Of a stretch of DNA of 64,000 bases, positions 37,435 to 47,814 are shown piece after piece. A model generated the notes under the pieces. The model was not told the DNA's origin. It ran no database searches and worked only from the letters and a program-made list of their open reading frames with translations. Source of the stretch: an uncultured Planctomycetota bacterium (GTDB lineage: Bacteria > Planctomycetota > Planctomycetia > Isosphaerales > Isosphaeraceae). How positions within the stretch are numbered: the stretch's first letter is position 1; every line of letters begins with the position of its first letter. The position numbers and the translations under genes are program-made. The stretch is from positions 1,152,001-1,216,000 of the forward strand of contig CAWGMQ010000004.1 in NCBI GenBank assembly GCA_963823665.1. Direction: 5' to 3'.

Positions 37435-38160
37435 ATGCCGATTCACGACTGGACCCGGGTTTCAAGTGGGACTTTTCACGACTTCCACCAGGGGTGGACG
37501 ATCGAAATCCGCAATACCTTGAACAGCGGCGTTCTCCCGGACGGCTACTACGCCATGGCCGACCAACGGGTCAGCGGACCAGAACCCGACGTCGTTGCGC
37601 TTCGGTTACGCAGCCCGGATCCCAAGGGTGGGCTAGTAGTCGCGGAAACACCTCCACGCATAACGCGCGCCGCCCGGGTCGAAACCGAGACCGCTCTGTA
37701 CGCGCGAAAAGCCAACCGCATTGTGATTCACCACGAGCTCGGCCGGGTTGTGGCGATGATCGAGGTCGTCTCGCCCGGTAACAAGGACACCAAGCACGCG
37801 ATTGCGTCGTTTATTGCCAAGGCGGTCGACTTCATCCGCAACGGGATTCACTTCCTGATGGTCGACTTGTTCCCTACCGGACCTCGCGACCCGCAAGGTA
37901 TTGCCCAGGCCATCTGGGACGAACTGGTCGGCGAGTCGTTGGGAGCTCGGCCGGCTGACAAACTCCTGACCGTTGCTGCTTACGACGCCGGCGATGCGTT
38001 GACTGCCTACGTCGATGCGCTCGCCGTCGGGGACCCTCTACGCGATGCCCCTTTATTTCTTGCACCGGGCTGGTACGTGAACGTCCCGCTCGAACAAACC
38101 TACACGGCCTCGTGGGGCGTGACCCCCAAACTCATACGCGACCTCGTGGCACGGCCCTAG
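37435..38160 (+). CDS. DUF4058-type protein (planctomycete-expanded, predicted PD-(D/E)xK-like fold)
   Basis: MPIHDWTRV..GTFHDFHQGW, EPDV, IEVVSPGNK, VNVPLEQTY; strong RBS. Confidence 0.8.
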   Translation: MPIHDWTRVSSGTFHDFHQGWTIEIRNTLNSGVLPDGYYAMADQRVSGPEPDVVALRLRSPDPKGGLVVAETPPRITRAARVETETALYARKANRIVIHHELGRVVAMIEVVSPGNKDTKHAIASFIAKAVDFIRNGIHFLMVDLFPTGPRDPQGIAQAIWDELVGESLGARPADKLLTVAAYDAGDALTAYVDALAVGDPLRDAPLFLAPGWYVNVPLEQTYTASWGVTPKLIRDLVARP

Positions 38161-38340
38161 AACGGCGGTTGCAGCCGCCGCGAGTGTCATGAACGAGAAG
38201 GCGTGAGTGCACCGAGCCTTCGCTCGAAGGTGCCGCCCTGGTTGGCGACACGCGGGAATTGGGCTGACGCGGTCCAAGGGCCTGGCGGGCAGCTCAGACT
38301 ACCCGCGAAGCTCCACGTCACCAGCTCCTTGCCAATCAAA

Positions 38341-38397
38341 TACCGAAGGCGGGACTTGAACCCACATGTTGTTAACGGGACCGGATTTTGAGTCCGG
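38341..38397 (-). pseudogene. tRNA-Leu(CAA) 3' fragment A (att-like scar)
   Basis: Minus strand reads CCGGA-CTCAAAA-TCCGG, variable arm, GTGGGTTCAAGTCCCGC, CTTCGGTA. The 5' acceptor strand and D arm are absent. Confidence 0.85.
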
Positions 38398-38533
38398 TAC
38401 TTCGTATTGGAACACGCCGCAGTGATACATAGACTCGCAGGAAGACGTGAGGATCGCCGCCGTGGTCCGGGTGATGGTGGTTCGCCAGGAAGCGGTGGTT
38501 TCGCTGAAAGCCTGGTGACACTATGATGAGGAA

Positions 38534-38815
38534 ATGGGCAAGCTCTTTGAGCAGATTCGCTCGGCGGTCGCGAACGATCGGTTCTTCGTCGCCTGCCATG
38601 CCGACGAGCGGTGCGAGGAACGAGGAATCACGGCTTGGCAACTGGTAGCGGGTCTCGAAGAGGCCGAGCTGGTTCGAGAGCGCCCCAGGAGCAAACCAAA
38701 TCCTTCCGTAGTAGTCCGGCAAGTCCTTGAGGACGGGAGTGAGGTCGAAGTGATCTGGTCCTGCTTAGGCGAAACGAGGCAGGCCAAGCTTGTCACTGTT
38801 TATCTGGTGGAGTAA
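38534..38815 (+). CDS. DUF4258-like putative toxin
   Basis: 93 aa; HADERCEERGI near the N-terminus and AKLVTVY at the C-terminus; RBS GAGG. Confidence 0.7.
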   Translation: MGKLFEQIRSAVANDRFFVACHADERCEERGITAWQLVAGLEEAELVRERPRSKPNPSVVVRQVLEDGSEVEVIWSCLGETRQAKLVTVYLVE

Positions 38816-38820
38816 GGGAA

Positions 38821-39048
38821 ATGAAGGAACGGCGGGAGAAGCGTAAGCGTTGGGTGCGTCGCGGTCGATATGCCGTCGAGGTTGAGGTCGACGTGGTTTA
38901 TCCCGCGGGAGATCCATCCGAACCGTGCCTGGAACCAGCCACGGTGCGCTGGCTCGATGAGGTCGCGCGCCGCGCCGAGAAAGGAGATGTCGCCTACCTC
39001 AAGTCCGTCGGCGAGGTATTTCGGGCCGTTCCTCCGCGAACAAAATGA
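38821..39048 (+). CDS. Small hypothetical protein, putative antitoxin
   Basis: 75 aa, 5 nt after the DUF4258-like gene; GRYAVEVEVDVVY...LDEVARRAEKGD. Confidence 0.6.
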   Translation: MKERREKRKRWVRRGRYAVEVEVDVVYPAGDPSEPCLEPATVRWLDEVARRAEKGDVAYLKSVGEVFRAVPPRTK

Positions 39049-39088
39049 TTCGCTACCGAGCTCGGTGCGACCGCGCCGGTTGTTTTAC

Positions 39089-39145
39089 TACCGAACGCGG
39101 GAGTTGAACGCACACCCTCATGCGATGACCGGATATTGAGTCCGG
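39089..39145 (-). pseudogene. tRNA-Leu(CAA) 3' fragment B (att-like scar)
   Basis: Minus strand reads CCGGA-CTCAATA-TCCGG...GTGCGTTCAACTCCCGCGTTCGGTA. Same 57-nt length and boundaries as fragment A. Confidence 0.8.
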
Positions 39146-39153
39146 GACTGCGA

Positions 39154-40545
39154 CTACACGGCAGCCTGCTTGCTACACCACCGCCTCCACATTTCACGGT
39201 AAGCGGCTTCGACCCCGCGCGCAAAGCGCGACGCATCCGAGAGTGGAGAAGCCTGCAGACCATCACGAAGAGTCGCACGCAGCTCACAGAGACGCGGCAC
39301 ATCGCCGGCCAGGGCGACCGCGATGCTCACGAATTGGTCGGGTGTCTCGCCAACCAACTCCGACAGACCCAGGTTGGTGAGCAATGACAGCCCCGCTCGT
39401 GCGACGGGTGAATCGCCCTCGAGAGTGACGACGGGAACACCCTGCCAGAACGCGTCGAGGCTGGTGGTGTGTCCGTTATACGGGAAAGTGTCGAGGCCGA
39501 TGTCGATGCGATGGTAGAGTTCCAGATACTGCAGGCGAGGCTGCCTGGCAACGAAGGTCACCTTTTCGCTTTTCACACCTTCCCGTTCCAGCAGATCCAA
39601 GGTATGCCGGCGAACGGATCCTTCGGGGGCCAGGAGCAACAGCCGCGATTCGTCGACAGCGGTGAGGACCTGCGCCCACACCTTCAGAACCCAATGATTC
39701 ACCTTGCAGAAGTTGTTGAGGCAGCCGAACGTGATGCAGCCGTTCTCCACCGCTGGCACCGCGCTGATGGCTGGTTCCTCCGCGAGCGGATCGTAGCACC
39801 AGAAGGCGTTCGGAAGGAGGATCGATTCCTCCGAGTAGTCGTGTTCGCGAAGCCCCGGAGGGTCGATGTAGGGGTCAGTGAAGCGGTAGTCAATAGTCGA
39901 CAGGCCGGTGGTGCCTGGATAGGCAAGCCAGGAGACCTGAACGGGCGCTGGCTTGCGGGCGAAGACCAGAAGTCGATTCCCGGCCATGTGCATACTAAGG
40001 TCGACGAGAATGTCGATCCCGTCCTGGCGGACGAGCCGGGCAACCTGGGCGTCGGAAAGACCGCCGATGCCCCGCCAGACGTCGGCCAGAGGACGGAGAC
40101 GCGCTGTGATTTCGTCAGGACGGGCGACATCCGCGTCGCAGTAAATCTCAAAGTTCTCGTGATCATGTGCGGAGAGAAGGGGCGTCGTGAAAAACGACTG
40201 GGCATGGTCGCAAAAGTCGGGCGAAACATAGCCGACTCGTAGCCGGCGCTGGGAAGCGCAGTCGTTCGAATGCGGTTGAATGAGGCGTGAGAGCGGCTCG
40301 GCGAACCGCCGGCTCCAAATCCGGTGTTCTTCGAGGATCGCTCGTGCGTCGTAGCCGGGGCAGAAGAGCAGCGTGTAGAGCAGGTTGCTGTGCGCCGTAT
40401 GAACGTCCGGCTTCAGCTCGATGGCCCGGCGGAAGGAGGCAACCGCTTCGTCCAGGGCCCCCTGATCCTTGAGAGCATTGCCCAGGTTGTTGAGTGCCTC
40501 GGCGTAGGCAGGGTCGAGTCTCAGTAGTTTCTCTAAACGGGTCGA
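39154..40545 (-). pseudogene. TPR + O-linked GlcNAc transferase family protein (SPINDLY-like, GT41), 5'-truncated
   Basis: Frame is open from a TAG near 40546 with no ATG/GTG/TTG until 39993. Reads AEALNNLGNALKDQG, RLRVGYVSPDF, DGIDILVDL, PAPVQVSWLAYPGTTG, LDTFPYNGHTTS. Confidence 0.82.
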
Positions 40546-40589
40546 CTAGAGCCGAAGTTTACCAATCGAGCCCATCGAGAACGACATCC

Positions 40590-40949
40590 GTGATACTCCC
40601 TCGCGTACGGTTCACTCTCCGACGGCTGCTCATGATTATCGCATTGTTGGCGGTGCTGATGGCCGCAGGCCTCGAGGCGGCGCGGGCGAGCCGCCGTGTG
40701 CGCGCGTACCGGCAATATGCGGTTGCGCACGCCGCCTTTCGGGACCTGGGCCTCGCGGAGGCCGAGGAGTATCGATTTGCTCTCGTCCATGGGGAATGGG
40801 CCGACGACAAGGCAAGAACCGAGTTGCTCCAGCGGGAGGCTGGCGAACGGGCGCTGACCCGGCACTGCGATTCCCTGGCCGCCAAGTACCGCGACGCCGC
40901 TCGGTTCCCTTGGCTGCCGGTCGAACCCGATCCTCCCCAACCGCACTGA
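40590..40949 (+). CDS. Small planctomycete-type membrane-anchored hypothetical protein
   Basis: PRVRFTLRRLLMIIALLAVLMA N-terminus and AAKYRDAARFPWLPVEPDPP C-terminus. Confidence 0.7.
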   Translation: MILPRVRFTLRRLLMIIALLAVLMAAGLEAARASRRVRAYRQYAVAHAAFRDLGLAEAEEYRFALVHGEWADDKARTELLQREAGERALTRHCDSLAAKYRDAARFPWLPVEPDPPQPH

Positions 40950-41533
40950 AGTCGTTCGCGAGAAACTCGTGGATTAGCGTGGCAGGCCAAAACCACTGGC
41001 GTCGTTCAAACTATCGAGTCAGCCCTTTTGTTCCCTGCGTCTGTGGAAGTAAGACGCAGAGCGCCAGAAGTGCGACACAGAACGGCTAAAGCCCCACAGG
41101 ACTCGCCGAATCGTGGCGGCCCGTGACGTCACGAAGCTTCGTCTTGCCGATCATGGTTTCGTGCCTTGTCACCTGCAGCCAATGTCAGCGGCCCGATCGG
41201 CCAAGCGCGGACGATCACCGGATGCTGGACCACCAATCTTGGTCTCGCCGGCTCGATGATCCGCTCGCGATCCGTTGGATTGACCGTTCGATCTGCCCTG
41301 ATGATAATCGACCACTCGTCCGAAAACAGCTACTCAGACTCCTTGAGCTGATTATGCCAATGCGAACACCCCTACGTTCGTGGTGCGCGCCCGCATCAGC
41401 GTCATCTCCGCCTCGCGAATGGTCGACAACGCTCGACGTAAACTTCACTGCGCCTTCTCGCTGACGCCTTGTCGCTACGGCGCTTCACCAATTATTCTGG
41501 GATGTCCGCGCCCTTCTCTCGAAAGGATCAGTC

Positions 41534-43642
41534 ATGCCCAGGTTTATTCCGCTGTCTTTTGCCGTCGGATTGCTTACCAGCGTCTGTGGTAGCGCGATGG
41601 CCCAGCAGTTTGCGGACCCCGAGTTCGACGCCAAGGCCATTCGCCCGGCCTTCACCGACACCCACCCGCTTGTCCTGGTCGACGAGGCCCACAATAACTT
41701 CCACACCACCTTCGGCCGCTACAAGCCGTTTGTCGATCTCCTCAAAAACGACGGTTACAATGTCTCGCCCAACAAGGAAAAACTCTCGGCCGATGCCCTC
41801 AAAGACTGCTCGGTTCTCGTGGTGGCAAACGCAATGGGCGCGCCGGCGATGAGAAGCCCTGAGGCAGCAAAACCTGCGTTCGAAAAGGCCGAATGCGACG
41901 CCGTCTACAAATGGATTCAGGCAGGCGGCTCGCTGCTGTTGATCTCCGACCATCACCCCTTTGGCGCCTCGAGCGATCAACTGGCCACGCGGATCGGTGT
42001 CGAGATGGGTAAGAGCACGACATATGACCCGGCCAATTCCGAGACGGGGCTGCCTGCGCAATTGAACTTCACCCGCGTGAACCGCCTGCTCGGTGATCAC
42101 CCGATTCTCTCAGGCCGCGACGGCTCCGAGCGAATCGACCGGGTGCTCACGTTCGCCGGACAATCCTTGAAGGGCCCGAAAAACGCGGCCTCGCTCCTGA
42201 AGTTTTCCCAGACAGCCGTCGACCAGCCCGGCCCCGCCGCCCCCGGCCGCACCGGATCCGCCAGCGGGCGTGCCCAGGGAATCGCCTTCACACTGGGTAA
42301 AGGCAATGTCGTCGTACTCGGAGAGGCCGGAATGCTCTCCGCTCAGGTCAACCGCGGTGGTGGGCGAATGGGCATGAACGTGCCGGGCACTGATAACCGC
42401 CAGTTCGCGCTCAATGCCATGCACTGGCTCTCTCACGTGAAGCTCTCTGCCAAACCCGCGGAGATCGCGGCCAAGTCGGCCAAGGCAGGCGACTCCGGCG
42501 CAGGCTCGAGCGCCGTCGCATCGACCTCATCCGCCGGCACAGCCAAGTCTTCGGCAATGCCCGCGCACCGCACCGAGCCCGCACGCCCGCTCTCCTCTGC
42601 CGACATCGCCGCGGAGTCGGAAGCATCGATCGCCATGATCACTGGCGATGGATCAGTCGGAACCGGCTTCCTTGTCCGGCCCGGAATCCTCGCGACTAAC
42701 GCCCATGTCATCGATAGCGAATTCATCACGACTCTTCGCGTGCGTTTCCCCTCTGCCGAAAAGGATCAGCAGGGCCCGATGACCACCGAGCTTCTCTTTG
42801 AGGATACCCGCCGCGACCTCGCTTTCCTCAAGGTAAAATCGTCGCTGTCGCCACTGCGCGTCGCCCAGTCCTACACCTTCCGTAAGGGGGAAGACATCAC
42901 TGCGATCGGAAATCCCGGCGCCGGCCGTGAGCTGATCCTCGAAAACGCAATTAGCCGCGGGGTCATGAGCACCAAGACGTCGATGGAAGGTCAGCGATAC
43001 TATCAGCTCGGAATCGCCGTGAACCCGGGCAATTCCGGCGGCCCTGTGTTCAATTCCTTCGGCGACGTCATCGGAGTCGTCACTCGCAAAAGCGCCATGC
43101 AAGAGCAGCTTGCCTTTTGCATCCCCGTCGAAGACCTCACTCTCGCCCTTGAAAAGGTGCTAACCTTCCCGCAAGACGCAATCGATCACCAGCAGTCGCA
43201 CCATCGCCTCGTGCTTGCGGTCAAGGAGCTAGGCGCCGGTGGCGCGCTCTACGGCCTCGGCATCGGCATCAAGCGCAATCAAACGTCTGCGAAAGCCAAA
43301 AGAAAAGTCTTCGGCGGCTTTTACGACGCGGCCATCAAACGTCTCGAGCAGCAAACCTTTCCGAGGATGAAAGCGGAAGCGGCCCGGGTGCGAGACGACC
43401 GTCTCGTCTCCAAGGCGACTCGCGACAAGGTCGGTCAGCTCGCCGACAACCTTGAAAAACTCCGAGCTCTCTACGTCGGAAACACCCCGCCCGGCCCAGC
43501 GAACAACCAGCTTGCACAACTGAAGGCCACCCACGTCCGGCTGCTGGTTGACCTGTGCAAGGGCCTGGATCTCGAGATCCCAGCCGAATTGCTCCTCCTG
43601 CTTGGAAACGAGCCAGGTCCAGGAACGCCAGACTCGCCGTGA
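41534..43642 (+). CDS. Secreted DUF4350/GATase1-like domain fused to a trypsin-like (S1C) serine protease and a helical C-terminus
   Basis: Signal peptide; VLVDEAHNNFH...GGSLLLISDH...DNRQFALNAMHWL; protease triad ATNAHV, DLA, GNSGGP. Confidence 0.85.
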   Translation: MPRFIPLSFAVGLLTSVCGSAMAQQFADPEFDAKAIRPAFTDTHPLVLVDEAHNNFHTTFGRYKPFVDLLKNDGYNVSPNKEKLSADALKDCSVLVVANAMGAPAMRSPEAAKPAFEKAECDAVYKWIQAGGSLLLISDHHPFGASSDQLATRIGVEMGKSTTYDPANSETGLPAQLNFTRVNRLLGDHPILSGRDGSERIDRVLTFAGQSLKGPKNAASLLKFSQTAVDQPGPAAPGRTGSASGRAQGIAFTLGKGNVVVLGEAGMLSAQVNRGGGRMGMNVPGTDNRQFALNAMHWLSHVKLSAKPAEIAAKSAKAGDSGAGSSAVASTSSAGTAKSSAMPAHRTEPARPLSSADIAAESEASIAMITGDGSVGTGFLVRPGILATNAHVIDSEFITTLRVRFPSAEKDQQGPMTTELLFEDTRRDLAFLKVKSSLSPLRVAQSYTFRKGEDITAIGNPGAGRELILENAISRGVMSTKTSMEGQRYYQLGIAVNPGNSGGPVFNSFGDVIGVVTRKSAMQEQLAFCIPVEDLTLALEKVLTFPQDAIDHQQSHHRLVLAVKELGAGGALYGLGIGIKRNQTSAKAKRKVFGGFYDAAIKRLEQQTFPRMKAEAARVRDDRLVSKATRDKVGQLADNLEKLRALYVGNTPPGPANNQLAQLKATHVRLLVDLCKGLDLEIPAELLLLLGNEPGPGTPDSP

Positions 43643-43866
43643 ACTTGAGCTCGCGGTCTATGCCGCTTATGAGGCCAAGCGTGTTTCAGAGGAGATCGGA
43701 ACCGTCGGCAGACAGACGGATATGGCAATTGTCAGCGCCGGACAGAGCGCACGGTTTCTCTCGGAGCAACTGGTAAATGATCGAGAAGAGATGTATCAGC
43801 GCCGGCTCACATTAGGGAAGTCCTACAAGAATGCGATCAGGCGGGCGATCTCACTGTAGCGAACAG

Positions 43867-43925
43867 CACAGAGCGGCGAGTCGCCGACACCCACCCACCG
43901 GATTTTGGGTCCGGCGCGTCTGCCA
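43867..43925 (-). pseudogene. Degenerate tRNA-Leu(CAA) fragment C
   Basis: Minus strand TGGCAGACGCG-CCGGA-CCCAAAA-TCCGG-T (43925-43897) gives part of the D arm plus the anticodon arm, followed by a decayed T arm. Confidence 0.7.
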
Positions 43926-44156
43926 CCAGCCTGAAGTTGGGCTGACGTTGAATTGACATTGATTTCAGTGGTTTTGCAGGGGTTTACGATAACCCCCACT
44001 GTGCTTCGCATTGTAGTCGCGGTGGGCTGGCACGGGCAACATGTGCAGAAGAATTGCAGAAAATCCTCGACATACCCCGCCTCGCACAGAACGCGTTTCG
44101 ACTGTAATCACAGCAACGCGATCCGATTACACGGACCACCGCACGCAATCGCCTAG

Positions 44157-47100
44157 TTACTTCGCGAACGGGTCGGCGGGGAAGATCGGGTCGTAGAGAA
44201 TCACGGATTCCGCCTCGGTCCGCAGGATGCTGTTCTCCACCTCGTCCCAAAACATATTAGGTTCCACGCTCGGCTTGTAGACGCGCAGCCGCTCGAGAAA
44301 ACGGCGCGCCTCGTCGCGATGACCGAGGTGGTGGTAAGCCATCGCCAAAAACACCCAGTCCTCCGGGCGGCTGTCTCCTTGCCGGTTTCGGATTGCCTCC
44401 TCCAGCCGGACAATGGCGTCTTGGAATCTTCCTGCGCGGTAAAGCGCGGCACCGAGTCTGTTGAAGCCATATGCGCTGTTGCCGGTATTGCCCCGGACGC
44501 CTAACTCAGCCAATCGTACCACCGTTTCATCGTCGGACTTCGCGCCCGGCGCTAGTACGCAGTGACACGCGACCCAGAATGCGACGTCAGAATTGCTTGT
44601 CTCGCCTAACCGGCGGGAGGAGGTTGGAACATAGCTGCCCGTCCAGCTCATGACTCCTGGATCCGACGCTTGGCAACAGCGCCACGACGCGGTCGAAAAC
44701 AGCATGATTACTTGCGATCTCATGCAGGAAATCGGGTTGGCCTTCCCACAACGAGAGGGCGCGCGCGAATTCGGTGGCTGCTTTCTCCGCTTTGTCGCGA
44801 GCTGCATAAAACCGGGCGCGTGCGATTGCGACTTTTCCGCTGAGTGGCCATGCGCCACGGCGTCGTCGAGGGCCGCCTCGGCTTCAATCCAGCGCTTCCG
44901 CTTCGTCCAGACGCTCGCCCGAACTGTTGGATCGGCACCGTAGCGGATGGGGTCGATGAGTAAGCCGGCGTCGGTCGGCGGGGCCCCGCCTAGTCGCCGG
45001 AGTTCTTGACGTCGCTCATGCCATGCCGAGGAATCCAAATGCTGAATGACTCCCTGATCGTCCGCTGCCAAGCCAGTGATGGTCGCGATCCAATTTGCAA
45101 TGCGCGGCAGGTCGTCGTCCACTTCGACGGGGAGCTGCCACTCCCGCCACGTATTCGGCCCCGTCGAAACGAGTGGTCCGTCCCCGGCAGGGACCGCGGT
45201 TAGGACGCTTTTGCCATCGGGTCCGTACGCCACGCGATTGACCGGAAACTCATGGAGCAGAGGTGGACCGACTGGCTGAGAAGTCGCCGCGTCCTAGTTG
45301 AGGCGGCGTTCCAGCGTTGCACTTCATTGCCGCCCGCGGTGAATATGGTCTTGCCGTCGGCGCTATATGCCACGAGATTAACGTAAGAGCTTCCAAGTTG
45401 ACCGAGAGGCCGGGCTGCAGCAGCGTCCCAGAGTCGCGCTCCGTCTGAGCCTCCGGTTACGACGGTGTGGCCATCCGGACTGAACGCGACGGACGAAACC
45501 GACTGCTGATGCATCATTGGCGGCCCGACAGACTGGGCTGAACTGGTCTGCCAAAGCCGTGCACTCCTGCCACTGGCGATGATGATTAACTTGCCGTCGG
45601 GACTGTAGACCGCGGATGTAATGGCGTTTTCATTTCGTATTGCGCGACCTATGGGTTCGCACGTATCGGGATCCCACACTTGCGCCGTCACACCTCGCGT
45701 GACGGAGAGGATTGTCTTTCCATCGGGGCCGAAGGCGACGTACGAGACCGGTCCTTCATGGGAAAGTAATCCTCGGAGTTCCGGACAGTGGTATCGCCAA
45801 TACGACAAGTTCATGCGGGCCAGGCGTTGCCAAGCGTGATCCTGTGCCAGCGCCGCGGCCCGCCACGTCTCGACAAGCCAGACCAAGCCATCGCTAGCTT
45901 GGTTGCCTTCGAACGCGCGTTTTGCTCGCTCGAAGTAAAGCATCGCCAGCCGACGGTTCGTGTCGGCCAGCGAGATCTCCAAGTTGTTGTTCAGCCCGCT
46001 AATCTTCGCGGCCGCCTCGGCTCGCTCGTCGCCGCGCTGGCGCTGCTCGTTCGCGTAAAGGGTGGTGGTTTCCACCAGGCGAGTCTGCTGAGCGGCGTAG
46101 AGTAAGGACAACACAGCCACGGCCACGATCGCGGTTGTCACGAGCGTAGCTGCCACCGCCGCGACAGGATTTCGGCGGCACCACATCCAGAAACGCGCGG
46201 CGTTCCCCACGGGCCGCGCCGCAATCGGCTCGCCGGCAAGCCAACACCTCAAATCCTCAGCAAGCGCATCTGCACTCCGGTAACGCCGACGTGGATCCTT
46301 TTCCAGACACTTCAGGCAGATTGCCTCCAGATCGTGTGGCACCCGTGCGTTCCGCTTTGAAGGAGGCTCCGCTGGCCGCTCGCGCACTTGCTCGAGCGTG
46401 TCGATCACCGAGTCGCCGCCAAACGGCGCTTTACCGGTCAACAGCACGTAGAGGACGGCCCCCAGGCCATAGACGTCGGTGGCCGTCGTCACGGCCCCCC
46501 GCTTACCCGACGCCTGCTCGGGAGCCATGTAGGCCGGTGTCCCTAAGATCGCGCCCGTCTGCGTGAGCCCGCTGTCTCCTTCGACCCGCTTCGCCAAACC
46601 GAAGTCCGTGACATGAGGTCTCCTCTCCGCATCGATCAAGATATTCGCCGGCTTCAGATCACGGTGGAGGATGCCTCGCTGATGCGCATGGTGGACCGCA
46701 CCCGCGGTGATCGACATGAGCTCGGCGGCCTGCTTGGGTTTGGCCATATAGTCCCTCGGCCGCCTGTCGAGGCTCGCGCCCGCGATCAGCTTCATGCTGA
46801 AGTAGTGCTGATCCTCAAGCTGGCCGACCTCGAAAATCGGCACAATGTTCGGATGATCAAGCCGGGCGACCGCCTCGGACACATTCTGAAACCGCCGGAT
46901 CTCATCGGCTGACGCGAACCGTGCGGCCTTGATCATCTTCAAGGCGACCAAGCGGTTCAGGCTGAGCTGCCGAGCCTTGTAGACGATTCCCATTCCGCCC
47001 TCGCCAAGTACATTCTGCAGCTCGTAATCGCCGAAGTAGCCGACCAGCGTCCCCGCTGGGAGGGGAGACGCATTCGGACCGTTCTGAACAGCCGACGTCG

Positions 47101-47410
47101 CGTCGACAAGGCCCGTTTCAGACATGCAAGGACGATCGGAGGAGTCCACCGTGACGCCATCAGCGACTGGCGATCCGGTCAGCGGACCAGCGGCAAGCGG
47201 TTGTTCAACGGCCGGCATGCCCGATCCTTCCGCGGGCTGGCGGAGCCGGTCGACGAAACCGTCAGGCTCTATCTCAGCAACCTGACGCCGGCAATCGGAG
47301 CAGTGCTCAAGATGTTCACGGACGATCGCGGCCGAGGCGTCATTGATCGCGCCCAAGGCGTAAGCACGTAAGGTCTCGGGCGTCGGATGAGGGGAGGCTT
47401 GGGCGTCCAT
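44157..47410 (-). pseudogene. Zinc-finger/Ser-Thr kinase/TM/WD40/TPR gene, internally deleted and frameshifted
   Basis: [33 protein letters not shown], then WD40 repeats. Out-of-frame junction between two WD repeats near 45295; further frame changes near 44855 and 44615; family C-terminus LYDPIFPADPFAK. Confidence 0.8.
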
Positions 47411-47814
47411 AAAGGAAATCTCCCGCTTCGGGTCGCCCCGGCCATCGGGGCCCGCCTCAAACACAAAGACGTCTTGGGCGGGGCAGACTTGCAGAGTAAA
47501 CCAAAATCATCTCAAAAAATCGCCGGCACTGCGCGTGCTGAGTATTCGACACTTGGATGGATCGGCGCGTTGTCGGCGAGCACCGTCGCGCCCAGCCCGG
47601 CGTCGGAGCATTCGAGCATGTGAGAACGTACGGTAATGTACCGCGTGCTGAGTTGCCGCTCCAGTGAGTGCGGTCAATTACATATCCGCAAATCCTGCAC
47701 GATTCTCGAGTGACGATAGGAATGCCGGCGCCGACAAGGGGTTGGGCACTCGCACATCGACGCACTTCACAACAATGTCGGAGCCCGCCCGGCTGACGCG
47801 GAACATGCGAGGAA

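Noticed and set aside
38341..39145. Functional or split tRNA genes
   Set aside because: The fragments lack the 5' acceptor strand and D arm and carry stem mismatches; no matching 5' halves were seen.
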